From Candidatus Latescibacterota bacterium (GTDB taxonomy: Bacteria > Latescibacterota > UBA2968 > GCA-2709665), in the NCBI GenBank assembly GCA_965222075.1, contig OZ244937.1, positions 960,001-1,024,000 on the forward strand: a stretch of 64,000 nucleotides of DNA. The letters are read 5' to 3'. This document shows, one piece after another, positions 47,073 through 56,940 of the stretch. A program made the position numbers and the translations under genes. Numbering within the stretch: the first letter of the stretch is position 1; each line of letters starts with the position of its first letter. Under the pieces are notes generated by a model, which was not told where the DNA came from, searched no databases, and was given only the letters and a program-made list of their open reading frames with translations.

Positions 47073-48470
47073 TCACGGGGACATCAGCATATCGCCCATC
47101 TGCCGGATCTTTCGGAGCGCCTGATGGCACGTCTCCCGGTCGCCGGCGATACCGAGCAGCGCGGCCTCCACCTCGTTCGGATGTAGCGCCTGGCTCAGGT
47201 AGAGGCCCAGGCCTTCCAAGAACGGAAGGTCCTGATGCAGGAAGGGGACCCTGGGGAGCGGGCCCTGCTGGCTGCCAAGATAGTTGTATGCCTTGCTATG
47301 TGCATGTCCTTTCAAGTTATAGCCCTGGACAAAGTGGACGGTGAGGGGTACAGGGCAGGTACCCCGCTCACGCTTCTGAAGGAGATCTTCGAAAAGCTCC
47401 ACGTGCTGTTTTGCAATCCGGTCCCACGAAAATCCTTCTGCTCGTTCCCTTGCCTGCCGGCCTGATTTTTCCCGTTCGGTTTTGCTGTCGATCAGGCTTC
47501 GTATTGTATCTGAAACTGCCTCTGGGGGGATGTAGCCGGACACGCTGAGCGGTTCGTCCTCAAATCGCGTGACCTCGACCATCCAGCCGCAGTTGGAAAG
47601 GAGTTCGGGCGCGCCGGCAAACCGGGTGGCCACAATTGGAAGGCCGCATGCCATTCCTTCCAGCACAACCGAAGGGCAGGATTCGTAGGAGTAGACCGAC
47701 AGGAAGCAGAGCACATCCAGCAGGTTGTAGTAAAGCGGCATCCGGTTGTAGGGCTGAGGTCCGAGAAAGATGACATTTGGTGGATGGGTAACGGGAACAA
47801 ACTGCTGGCCGACGACGGCGAACAGGACATCCGGGTTCAGATCGGCTATGCGAAGAAAGGGATACGCTCCCTTGCCCGGTTCGAATCGAGAACAAAATCC
47901 AACGACAGGCATCTCCAAAAATCGCTGATCACTGGTGGCCTCGGCGACCTCTTTGCGGGCAGCGAGCTTGTCGGTGGGCTTGAAGACCTCTGTGTCCACG
48001 CCGTTCGTGATGGGCCTCAGGTAAGACGGGTCGAAGGCGTAGGCCGCCAGTTCGCGGGCACACCAGGTCGATTTGGGTGAGAGCGCGTCGTAAGGCCGAA
48101 GCAGGGAATAGCAGTTCAAGACCTGGTTCAGGAACTCCCGGTTCTGCCCAAAACAGCAGGACAGACGGATGACGATTGGAGCGGGGCAGACATGGCGGAA
48201 GAAGGCCAGCTCATTAACGTTTGGCTCAAACATCAGCACCGCATCGAATTCCTGTCGCTCAAACCATTGAAGCGAAGCGTCGATGGTTTCGAACGCTTGC
48301 CGAACGCCATAGATGTTGTCCTGGTACTCCTCTGGCTCCTCCGATAGCAGGAAGACCTCGCAGTACTTAGACAGGGCTTGTACGTGATTGAACCCCGAAA
48401 TCGAAGCGCCACTCCCGGATTCGTATACGGCCGCTTCGGAAAGGTATGGATAAGGGATGAAAATCTTCAC
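47073..48470 (-). CDS. GT4 family glycosyltransferase with atypical N- and C-terminal regions
   Basis: ITNGVD..F, SRFEPGKG, YESCPSVVLEGMACGLPIVAT, FSWDRIA; GTG start with AAGGAG RBS. Confidence 0.88.
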   Translation of the reverse strand: MKIFIPYPYLSEAAVYESGSGASISGFNHVQALSKYCEVFLLSEEPEEYQDNIYGVRQAFETIDASLQWFERQEFDAVLMFEPNVNELAFFRHVCPAPIVIRLSCCFGQNREFLNQVLNCYSLLRPYDALSPKSTWCARELAAYAFDPSYLRPITNGVDTEVFKPTDKLAARKEVAEATSDQRFLEMPVVGFCSRFEPGKGAYPFLRIADLNPDVLFAVVGQQFVPVTHPPNVIFLGPQPYNRMPLYYNLLDVLCFLSVYSYESCPSVVLEGMACGLPIVATRFAGAPELLSNCGWMVEVTRFEDEPLSVSGYIPPEAVSDTIRSLIDSKTEREKSGRQARERAEGFSWDRIAKQHVELFEDLLQKRERGTCPVPLTVHFVQGYNLKGHAHSKAYNYLGSQQGPLPRVPFLHQDLPFLEGLGLYLSQALHPNEVEAALLGIAGDRETCHQALRKIRQMGDMLMSP

Positions 48471-48519
48471 AGAATTCTCCTTGTATTTTGCCTTTCTCTG
48501 CGTCCTCTGCGGTGTTCTT

Positions 48520-51078
48520 TTAGAGATTTTCGATAAACGCACGCGTCTGTTCAGCACCGTCCAGCGCCAGGGTATGCCTCGGTAGGGGATGAGACAGCCC
48601 ACGCACAATGGCATCGGCGATCCGATCAGGCGTCAGAACGTCGGGATGGATCACCTCCGCCAGTCCCAGATCAGCCAGCTTGCGCGCCCGGATATCCTGA
48701 TCCTCTGAAAGCTTGCTTGGCACGAACAGAGTCCGGACACACGTCTCCAGGGTGTTCATACAGGTGTTGTATCCGGACCGGCTGATCGAGAGGTCGGCGA
48801 CACGCATCCACTGGAGAAAATTGGGCGCGAACCGCTCAAGGCGAAACGGACCGTCTCCACACATCTGTTTAAGGGCTTTGAAATGCGTCTCCTCTACAAA
48901 GAGGCCTGAGAAAATGACCATTGTCCGGTTCTCAATCGCTCCCTGTTCATCAAGGCGTTTCCAGGCCTCAATACAGGGAGCGGCAAGCGTGTGACCATCA
49001 ACGCCACCGCCTGCGCTGACCAGCACAAATCCGTTTCTGTTTTGGGGATTTTCTCCCAACAGGTTTCGATGCTCCAGCGCACCGTTCGGTTTTTCAGATA
49101 CATATCCTGTGTAGATAACCGGGATGGCGATATCCTCCACCCAGGGGAAGTGCTCTTCCAGCCGGCTCACACGCGGGTCTCCGTGAATGAGCAGGGCGTC
49201 GAAGCAGGCGTTTAACGTGGGACAGACCTCTTCGTAATACCTGCGTGCAATTCGGGTATTCTCGTGGACTTTACCTCCAAAAGGAACCGAGTAGAACCGC
49301 AGCCGGTCCCCGGATGGATGGCAGGCTGGAACCGGAAATATATCGAGGGCAGCCGTTTTGGCCTGAAGGGGGATGTCACGCAGAGAACAGATTACCCTGA
49401 CGTCCGGGTTGACCGATCCGGCTGCTTGAATCGCCGGGAGCAGCTCCGGCCGCAAGAGCCACCGCTGGAAGGGAAACAGTTCAACGATGAAGACGTCCGG
49501 TCGCAGGTGTGAAACGGTCTCTCGCAGGATGCGTTGACGCTCCTCCAGTACCTCTTCGATGTTCCGGTTGGGATTTTCAGAGGCCAATCCCTGTGGTGTC
49601 AGATGAATGGGCGTCAGATGAATGGGCCTCACGGAGTCTGGCACTTCGGCGCCTGGAATTGGACGGCCGCCGTCCACGAAGTGGACCTCGTGGTCCCGTG
49701 ATAGCACCCGGACGATCTGGAGATTTCGGAAGTGATGGCCCACGCCGACAAGGTGCTGGCTGTAGAAGAGGATGCGCTTTCTGCGGGGTTTCGAAGCGGC
49801 GCCGGACAGCCCGGGCCGGTGTTCACGGAGCGCCCGCTCGTAAATCACGCCGTATCTCGCCACGACCTTCCGCCATGCCCGGTGTTCCAGCACCCAGAGC
49901 CTTGCACGGTGCCCCAGTGCTGCGCGGAGCCGCGCATCCTGGATGAGGGTCGAACACTTCCGGGCGAGGTCATCCGGGTCGTCGGCGGTACAGATAAGGC
50001 CGGTCTTGCCGTCGTCCACGATCTCACGGAGTGCGTTCACATCGCTGACAATGAGGGCTTTTTCCATGCACATTGCTTCATACGGCTTTAGCGGGGTCAC
50101 CAGATCCGTGACTTTGCTCTTGATTCTGGGGATGACAAATAGATCGAGGAGGGCATAATAATCCAGAATGTCCCGATGGGGTACCCGGCCGGTAAAGTGA
50201 ATGGCGTTTCTTAGATTCAGCTTTCTTGCCAGGGCCTGGAGGGGGCCAAGTTCGTCGCCTTCACCCACAATCACAATCCTGACGCGCAGGTTGTTTTCCA
50301 GCAGGATTTTTCCGGCTTTGAGCAACCCATGAATGCCCTCGAGCTTTCTCAGGCAACCGATGTAGCCGATGACGACTTCCTCTGGAAGAATGCTTAGCTT
50401 CTCACTCAGGTGTGTCGGGCGTTCCCGGGGCTGAAATTGTGAGGGATCGACCCCATTGGGGACAATAGAAATTTTCTCTCCGGGGATGCCTTTCCGCACG
50501 AACTCGGCCTTCATTGTCCTGGAAAGGGTCACCACGCGGTCTGCGCGTTCCATTGCATTTACAAACTCCTGGCACTGCCTCTGATAGGCTTCTGAAGCAG
50601 GATCGGTTGTGCCATTCGCGACTGCGCTGTCGTGCCGCAGACCCCTCACTTCGTAGATCACCGGCAGACCGCACCGGCGCCCCAGATCGATCGCTGTCAA
50701 GGCGTTCCGTGCGGGGGATGCGACGTGGACCAAATCAGGTTTTTGGGTCTGGATAGCGCGGGAAATATGGTTTCGAAATTGGCGCTCCAGGCCGTACCGA
50801 AACAGGCGGTCAAAATCGGGAGGTCGGCCTGCGCCGAGACGTTGTAAGACGTTGTGATTACACGCTTGAGCGGTATCTCTCAGATACAAAACGCCGTCCA
50901 GGTACTCCTCTTCAACAGGATATGCTCCGTTTGCCGAAGGGGGTGAATGCCTTGTCGCCACGACCGGTTCAAACCCCAGTGCTTTCTGGAGGTCGACGAT
51001 ATACTTGCTGCGGATGGTGTAACCGGCCTGCCAGTGCGGCAGTGACCGATTCAGGATGTGTAGGATTTTCAGGGCCAT
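48520..51078 (-). CDS. Double glycosyltransferase fusion: GT4 domain + COG4671/GT28-like GT-B domain
   Basis: N: HILNRSLP..GYTIRS, YEVRG, VPNGVD, VTPLKPYEAM; C: YSQHLVGVGH, VELFPF, SLRDI, HGDP, YTGYV, VSAGGG, SRSGYNT. Confidence 0.88.
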   Translation of the reverse strand: MALKILHILNRSLPHWQAGYTIRSKYIVDLQKALGFEPVVATRHSPPSANGAYPVEEEYLDGVLYLRDTAQACNHNVLQRLGAGRPPDFDRLFRYGLERQFRNHISRAIQTQKPDLVHVASPARNALTAIDLGRRCGLPVIYEVRGLRHDSAVANGTTDPASEAYQRQCQEFVNAMERADRVVTLSRTMKAEFVRKGIPGEKISIVPNGVDPSQFQPRERPTHLSEKLSILPEEVVIGYIGCLRKLEGIHGLLKAGKILLENNLRVRIVIVGEGDELGPLQALARKLNLRNAIHFTGRVPHRDILDYYALLDLFVIPRIKSKVTDLVTPLKPYEAMCMEKALIVSDVNALREIVDDGKTGLICTADDPDDLARKCSTLIQDARLRAALGHRARLWVLEHRAWRKVVARYGVIYERALREHRPGLSGAASKPRRKRILFYSQHLVGVGHHFRNLQIVRVLSRDHEVHFVDGGRPIPGAEVPDSVRPIHLTPIHLTPQGLASENPNRNIEEVLEERQRILRETVSHLRPDVFIVELFPFQRWLLRPELLPAIQAAGSVNPDVRVICSLRDIPLQAKTAALDIFPVPACHPSGDRLRFYSVPFGGKVHENTRIARRYYEEVCPTLNACFDALLIHGDPRVSRLEEHFPWVEDIAIPVIYTGYVSEKPNGALEHRNLLGENPQNRNGFVLVSAGGGVDGHTLAAPCIEAWKRLDEQGAIENRTMVIFSGLFVEETHFKALKQMCGDGPFRLERFAPNFLQWMRVADLSISRSGYNTCMNTLETCVRTLFVPSKLSEDQDIRARKLADLGLAEVIHPDVLTPDRIADAIVRGLSHPLPRHTLALDGAEQTRAFIENL

Positions 51079-51299
51079 GAGAGGGGTTCACCTCGGAGAA
51101 TTTCTCCTTTTCCCTGCATTTGTATTTCTCCGCGCCTTCCGCGCCTCTGCGGTGCGGTTACCGGGGCAGGTTTCGCAAACCCTGTGCCACCCCTTCCTGG
51201 GAGAGCATAACAATAATATTTTCAAAATCTTCGAGAGAATTTTTGAGAAAATTTCAGAAGGAAAAGGTGAAAAAGGTTTTCAAAATGGCTCTCCGGATC

Positions 51300-51315
51300 T
51301 GAAAGATCCATGCCA
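51300..51315 (-). promoter_or_regulatory. Possible sigma-54 (-24/-12) promoter for the GT-peptide-exporter operon
   Basis: TGGCATG-GATC-TTTCA versus consensus TGGCACG-N4-TTGCW (the -12 G is mismatched). Confidence 0.35.
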
Positions 51316-51404
51316 ATAGGGCCCGGAAATCGTCTGTCTGTACTTTTTTCAAACGCATATCCTGACGGGTATATCCCTCAACACTTAAGCTGCAGACTGG
51401 GAAT

Positions 51405-51440
51405 AGAAAGAGGCCCTGACCGTTTTGTGGTCAGGGCCTC
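51405..51440 (-). terminator. Rho-independent terminator after the sigma-54 activator
   Basis: 12-bp stem gaggccctgacc/ggtcagggcctc followed by TTTCT on the minus strand. Confidence 0.6.
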
Positions 51441-51481
51441 CTGACGTCTTGCGTCGGGGCGGAGTGAGATGTATAGCCGAA

Positions 51482-52477
51482 TCAATCCCCACCCCGGTAC
51501 CGATCTGCCCGAAATCCGTGCTCGGCCATTCGTACCTGGAAGTACTGCCGTCCGATACCGCTCTCCCGGGCGGCCTGAGAGACGTTGCCCCCGGTGCGCA
51601 GCAGGGCACGGTGAAGGTATTCCCGGGTGAAGCGGTCCAGGCTGAGGCGCCGGGCTTCCTTATAGGAAAGTTCATAGAGATCTGCCTCGGACGTGCCTGA
51701 GGCCTGGATGTGAGGCGGCAGGTCGCCGGGGTAGACCTGTTCTCCCTCGGCCAGGAGGAGCGCCCGGGAGATGACATGGGTCAGTTCTCGGACGTTGCCC
51801 GGCCAGTCGTAGCCCTCCAGCAGCATCCGGACCTCCGGAGAGAGGGGGCGTATTCTCAGTCCATTCTCCTGGGATTTCGCCACAAAATGCTCGATCAGGA
51901 GGGGTATATCGCTTCGACGATCCCGAAGAGGGGGCAGATGGAGGTGGATGACATCGAGGCGGTAAAAGAGATCCTCACGGAATCGGCCCTCCAGAACCTG
52001 TTGTTTCAGGTCCCGGTGGGTGGCTGTGACTAAGCGCACGTCGGCCCGGTGGATTCGGCTGTCGCCTACCGGACGGAACTCGCCTTCCTGGAGGAGCCGG
52101 AGCAGGTGGGGCTGCAGGTCCCCGGGCAGGTCGCCCACTTCGTCTAAGAAGAGGGTGCCGCCTCTGGCCTCTTTCACCAGTCCGCACCGGTTTTCGAAGG
52201 CGCCGGTAAAAGATCCCCGGAGATGGCCGAAGAGTTCGCTTCGGGCTACGTCCCGGGACAGAACGCCGCAGTCCACGACCACAAAGGGTCCATCGGAGCG
52301 GGGACTTTGGGCGTGAATGGCGCGTGCGAGTAATTCCTTTCCGGTGCCGGTTTCCCCGGTGATCAGCACCGGCAGGTGGCAGCGGGCGGCACGGTGGGCC
52401 AGGTTCTGGACTTCCAGAACGGTGGGATGGCGACCGACAGTGGGGCTGTTGCGGGTGGTGCATGCAAAAGGGGACAT
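51482..52477 (-). CDS. Sigma-54-dependent activator (AAA+ and HTH) lacking a sensor domain
   Basis: GETGTGKE, SELFGH..GSFTGA, LFLDEVG, FREDLFYRL, WPGNVREL, GGNVSQAA. Confidence 0.92.
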   Translation of the reverse strand: MSPFACTTRNSPTVGRHPTVLEVQNLAHRAARCHLPVLITGETGTGKELLARAIHAQSPRSDGPFVVVDCGVLSRDVARSELFGHLRGSFTGAFENRCGLVKEARGGTLFLDEVGDLPGDLQPHLLRLLQEGEFRPVGDSRIHRADVRLVTATHRDLKQQVLEGRFREDLFYRLDVIHLHLPPLRDRRSDIPLLIEHFVAKSQENGLRIRPLSPEVRMLLEGYDWPGNVRELTHVISRALLLAEGEQVYPGDLPPHIQASGTSEADLYELSYKEARRLSLDRFTREYLHRALLRTGGNVSQAARESGIGRQYFQVRMAEHGFRADRYRGGD

Positions 52478-52509
52478 TGCGCTCCCTCCCAAAAGTGTAA
52501 GAATCTCGC

Positions 52510-52760
52510 TTGTAATCAGGTCCAGTCCTTGGGCCTCTAACAGCGTACGGATGAACGGTGACCCACGCACCAGCCGCTCCCCCGGCCAGCGCAGCAGGAA
52601 CTCGATGCCTGCGCGGTTGATGAACGGGACGCCTTTCAGCTCCGGTACCAGGCGCTACGCCTCCCGGAGCGAGTGGGTGAATGCCTGCTCCAGTCCTCTT
52701 CAGACATCCAGTTTAGCAGAATCTTCTCCGAAGTCTGCGATATGACTGTGAGCCGTACCG
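52510..52760 (-). pseudogene. STAS-domain (anti-sigma antagonist-like) remnant
   Basis: Manual translation ..LVPELKGVPFINRAGIEFLLRWPGERLVRGSPFIRTLLEAQGL; upstream part frameshifted. Confidence 0.45.
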
Positions 52761-52794
52761 TCTGATTGCTCTCCGGATTACACACTATCTGCAA

Positions 52795-52810
52795 ACCAAA
52801 TCCTGTGCCA
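52795..52810 (-). promoter_or_regulatory. Possible sigma-54 promoter
   Basis: TGGCACA-GGAT-TTGGT. Confidence 0.35.
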
Positions 52811-53006
52811 AAAAAATAGCCGCCCAAAGCGTGTCGCTTCAAGTGGCTGTTTATAATAGGGGTTGTGGGATGACTGTACAAGGTTAGCCGGACAGGATGC
52901 TAACTGGTGCAGGGACAGTATCTGGTCCCACCAATTGTGCTAATTTCTTTTATTCTGTTTATAAACATATAGATTGTAAGAACAAACATGGGTCCCATAT
53001 ATGGTC

Positions 53007-54359
53007 TCAGGGCGCTATATGTGGGACCTGCGGCCGCTGGATGTCCAGCTTCTTCATGCGGTGGCTCAATGTAGACGGATGCATGCCCAGCAAGGCAGCC
53101 GCTCCGTGCGGCCCCTTGATGACCCATCCGGCCTGTTCCACGACCTTCCGTATGTGCTGTTTTTCGAGTTCTTTCAGGGTCAGGATCTCCTCAGAGGATT
53201 CACCATCCGGCCGACCGGATTCCAGGGCAATATCCTTAGGCTGGATCGCCTGCCTCCGGCACATGATCACGGCACGCTGTACCGCATGCTCCAGTTCCCG
53301 GATGTTGCCCGGCCAGTCGTAGGTCCTCAGCACGGCCAGCGCCTCCGGAGTCAGCTGGGGTACTGCTTTGTTTAGATAGGACGCCATCCGCTCCACAAAA
53401 CAGGCGGCCAGAAGCGGGATGTCCTCCCGGCGCTCGCGCAGGGGCGGCAGTCTCACGGGAAACACTTGCAGGCGAAAGTAGAGATCCTCCCGGAACTGCC
53501 CGTTGGCCACCATCTCCTGCAAATTCCGGTTGGTAGCTGCAATCACCCGCATATCGGCCACCAGCGTCTCGGTGCCGCCCACCCGCTCGAAGGCGCGTTC
53601 CTCCAAGAGGCGCAGCAGCTTCACCTGCGCTTCCAGGGCCAGGTCCCCGATTTCATCTAAGAAGAGCGTGCCGCCCGCCGCCAGTTCCACCTTGCCCAGC
53701 TTGCGGGAGACCGCTCCGGTGAAGGCCCCCCGCTCGTGCCCGAACAGTTCGCTTTCGACCAGGCCTTCGGGGAGGGCGCCGCAGTTGACCTGGATGAAGG
53801 GGCGATCTCTGCGCGGGCTCAGCCGGTGCACGGCCCGGGTAGCCACCCCTTTGCCGGTACCGGTCTCGCCTGAGATCAATACGGTCAGGTCGGTTTTGGC
53901 CACCTCTGCAAGCTGCGCCTGGACCTCGCGGAGGGCCTGGCTATCCCCCACGAACTCGCCTTTGGTCCCACTCTGGCTCAGCACCTCGGCCAAGACCTGG
54001 ATGTGAGGGTCGGGCACCACGTTCAGTGTGACAGAAGCTGGCTCGGAGTAATTCAGGTCCTGGTCCACGGCCTGGACTTCGAACGTGAAGGTTTCCCTCG
54101 GCAGGTCCTGGTATTCCACACGTCGAGCGTTTGTGGTCTGCCAGTCTTCATCGTAGCCTTTCAGCCGATACCGGTAGACCAGCCCTTCCGGACGCGTTTT
54201 GAAGCTGATGCCGTGAAATTCAAAAACAATGAGTCCCACACTGGTGGAGATGGTCAGATCATCTTCCCTCTCATAGGCACAAAATAGCGCGAAGTTTTGA
54301 CTACCCGACAGGTCTCGAAAGCGGTATAATCCTGCTTCGAGCAGGACGAACGTTTCCAT
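53007..54359 (-). CDS. Sigma-54-dependent activator with Y_Y_Y domain (sensor propeller apparently lost)
   Basis: YRYRLKGYDEDW..VEYQDLP..FTFEVQAVD; GETGTGKG, GAFTGA, WPGNIREL, GAAALLG HTH. Confidence 0.9.
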   Translation of the reverse strand: METFVLLEAGLYRFRDLSGSQNFALFCAYEREDDLTISTSVGLIVFEFHGISFKTRPEGLVYRYRLKGYDEDWQTTNARRVEYQDLPRETFTFEVQAVDQDLNYSEPASVTLNVVPDPHIQVLAEVLSQSGTKGEFVGDSQALREVQAQLAEVAKTDLTVLISGETGTGKGVATRAVHRLSPRRDRPFIQVNCGALPEGLVESELFGHERGAFTGAVSRKLGKVELAAGGTLFLDEIGDLALEAQVKLLRLLEERAFERVGGTETLVADMRVIAATNRNLQEMVANGQFREDLYFRLQVFPVRLPPLRERREDIPLLAACFVERMASYLNKAVPQLTPEALAVLRTYDWPGNIRELEHAVQRAVIMCRRQAIQPKDIALESGRPDGESSEEILTLKELEKQHIRKVVEQAGWVIKGPHGAAALLGMHPSTLSHRMKKLDIQRPQVPHIAP

Positions 54360-54424
54360 GATTATCCTCCTCTTTGATGGTTGCCAATTTGAAGGATAAT
54401 CTAAGGTGTCTTGCTCATTTCTTA

Positions 54425-54505
54425 CCTGCCTGCCGAGCAAGGCACCTGTCTGCCGCCTGCCTCGCCTGCTTCAGCAGACAGGGACAGGCAGGCGGCGCAG
54501 GCAGG
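54425..54505. repeat. Cluster of nested CCTG...CAGG elements
   Basis: cctgcctgcc..cctgtctgcc gcctgcc..gcagacagg gacaggcagg..gcaggcagg. Confidence 0.65.
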
Positions 54506-54553
54506 TAGCTGTTTCTCAACCCGTTGCAGGCCGGGACAGGTTTATGAGATAAG

Positions 54554-54651
54554 TTCTAACAAACTACTACAGGCGACAGACGACAGCGTACGCTCTTAGA
54601 CTCTTTGAGAATTTCTCACTTGTCGCCCACACTTGAGCGCAATCGTTAGGA
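54554..54651 (+). repeat. attC-like site
   Basis: TTCTAAC-aaacta-CTACAGGCGACA...TGTCGCC..CTTGAG-cgcaatc-GTTAGGA. Confidence 0.65.
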
Positions 54652-54672
54652 GTAAACGTATTTTTGGCAGTT

Positions 54673-55998
54673 TCATAAGCCATTGAAGTTCAGCAGTTTG
54701 AGCTGAAGGTCGTGGGTAATTTCGAAGCTGAGATAGATGGCACAGCGATCATAAATGGCCACAGCAGCAAACTCGAAGAGCGGTTTACGCAGGGATTTGA
54801 GTTGCTGAAAAAGCGTGGCCTTCTCCTGCAGGACGGACAGCTTGTAATCCACCATCAGATTGAAGCTCCACAACGTGAGTAACACGAAGCAGGTATTCTG
54901 TTGAAAATCTTTTCGTGGAAGCTTCTCGATAGCGAAGTCGTTCTTCAATTCTTCGATCAATTTTTCGACCAGATTCCTGTGGTCGTAAAACTGCACGGTT
55001 TCGGTTTTGGATAATTGGGTGTCATTGGTAATTACGGCCCATGGGGCACAGCCTTTTTGTCGGACCACGATACACCGTATTGACTTTGTAGTCAAGTAGG
55101 TGTTGAGAAAGATTGGTTCAACTTCGGTGATCCACACGCCTGGTTTGAGCCGTTGGCGGCCTGGGGTTCTGGAGTTGACCGCGTTGATCAGATCACGATG
55201 TTCTTTCTGATAATTCTTTAGGACCGTGAAGAACTTGATCTTTTTGCGTTGAAGAAATTTGAAGTTGTCGCCCGACCAAAAGCCGCGGTCCATGCCCAAC
55301 CGCTTCAGCCGGAATCCCAGGTGATGAACTGCCAGTACAGCTGGGATCAGTTCTTGTGCATCGGATTGATCAACGGTGGTGAAACGCACATATAATAGGG
55401 TTTTCGTGGCAATATCGATCAGTAAAAACAGTTTAAATCCGTAGTAGGATTTGCCACGCATCTTGATCCAGGCGGCTTTCTCAAAACTTGAGTTCGGGCT
55501 TTTTCCGATGAGGGTGCTGTCAAAATAGGCTTCCAGATTTTTGGGCAACAAGCCACGCCGGCGCAGGCTTGCCACATGACGGGTAAAGCCTGCTTCAATC
55601 AGTTCGGGCCTCAATGTTTCGAACAGATCGTAGAGAATATCGACACTGGCCCCACGCTGTTGACCGTAGCTTAACGCGAAGACGCGCTGAATAAACTTCT
55701 GCACCAACAGGCCGCGCAATTGGTTGATTGAAGCGCAGTTCAGTTGTGGGCGGCAGATTAAAATCAGCATCAGTGAGACCGCGCGATACCCTTTCTCCTT
55801 CGTGGTCATGCCAACCAAATACACCTGTCTGCAGTGCGGGGCACCGCACAGGCAGGTCGGCAGTTTCAACTGGTAGCGCAGGTAACGCACAAAAGGCAAG
55901 ATGCCGGCAAAGGCAGCGGCGCCTTGATTGGATGGGGTGTCCCCCGGATGAATGAGAGAATCATAGGACTTGCTTGAGCCGGCACGTTTTTGCGACAT
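54673..55998 (-). mobile_element. DDE transposase (IS4/IS1380-like DDE_Tnp_1) with a 33-bp in-frame palindrome insertion at 55824-55856
   Basis: YFDST, YYGFKL, MDRGF, YDHRNLVEKLIEELKND; insertion reads TCLCGAPHCRQ. Confidence 0.85.
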
Positions 55999-56259
55999 TA
56001 TACCTATCTCCTGGGTTATGGTAGAGGTTGAGGGTTGGCTGCTTTTAACCTCTTACCTGACTCAGGAGATGTCCAGCCTCATTTTGAAGCTAAAATAACC
56101 CGATCGTCCTAACGCGTGCTATATCATCAGGTTATTGAACTGTCGTTTTGACCTTCGCCAATCCGGGTGAAATGTCCTATTGGGTTCGAAAAAGCTTCTC
56201 AAATTCTGGTAAAGCACACTAAATCAAACTGTTATGCAACCGCCAAATTTACGAGTAAA

Positions 56260-56940
56260 GTGATGACAAAGATAAATCTTTTTAGCGTTGATTCCCGTCT
56301 GCTGGATGCTTCTATAGAACTCTATGCGTTGGAAGAGCACCTACAACTCGTCGAAAGTTATATGGAGCAACTCCATAAGACGGCACGGAGTAAGGCTAAG
56401 ACATACATCCGAAAAGAGGGCCTGTGCCCAGATGATCCAGAATGGCACATTGCTTGGCAGAAGTACGACGACCTTATTGACCAACTCCCAAGGTTTTTCC
56501 GGGGGCCTTTCCTGGTGTCACTCTATGCGGTGTATGAATCTATTGTCACCGAAATAGGCTGTCTAATCCAAGACAAGCAGTTCCAGAAGATCGAGATCAA
56601 CGATCTCAGAGGTGATTTCTTGGAAAAGGCTAAGAAATACTATAAACACATCCTCCAATTCGAATTATATTCAGAAGAAAAGGTATGGCACCAGGTCAAG
56701 ATGCTGTCAGAACTCAGAAATGCCTTTGCACACACGAATGGCCGCCTGGATATGCTCAACGAAAGATCGAGAAATACTATAAAAAAATGGGTGCAACAAA
56801 AGCGCGGAATATTAACGTACTATGATTACATAATATGTGAAGAGAAAATAGTCGCTGAAATATTCGGCGCGGTGCGTAGTTCTCTGGAAGATTTGATTGA
56901 AAGGTATAAGCACTGGGACGACAAACACGGGCACACATGA
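56260..56940 (+). CDS. Hypothetical protein with a HEPN-like RxxxxH motif
   Basis: FLVSLYAVYE...LSELRNAFAHTNG; AT-rich; flanked by gttatgc (56231) and ttataac/gttaggt (56965-57013). Confidence 0.6.
   Translation: MMTKINLFSVDSRLLDASIELYALEEHLQLVESYMEQLHKTARSKAKTYIRKEGLCPDDPEWHIAWQKYDDLIDQLPRFFRGPFLVSLYAVYESIVTEIGCLIQDKQFQKIEINDLRGDFLEKAKKYYKHILQFELYSEEKVWHQVKMLSELRNAFAHTNGRLDMLNERSRNTIKKWVQQKRGILTYYDYIICEEKIVAEIFGAVRSSLEDLIERYKHWDDKHGHT

Noticed and set aside
48495-48516. CTCTGCG..CTCTGCGGTG intergenic motif (similar at ~51128-51154)
   Set aside because: Looks like a generic dispersed intergenic repeat; no evidence that it regulates the locus.
49598-49627. 15-bp tandem duplication (PIHLT x2) in the GT fusion
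   Set aside because: A single in-frame duplication with no evidence of phase variation or function.
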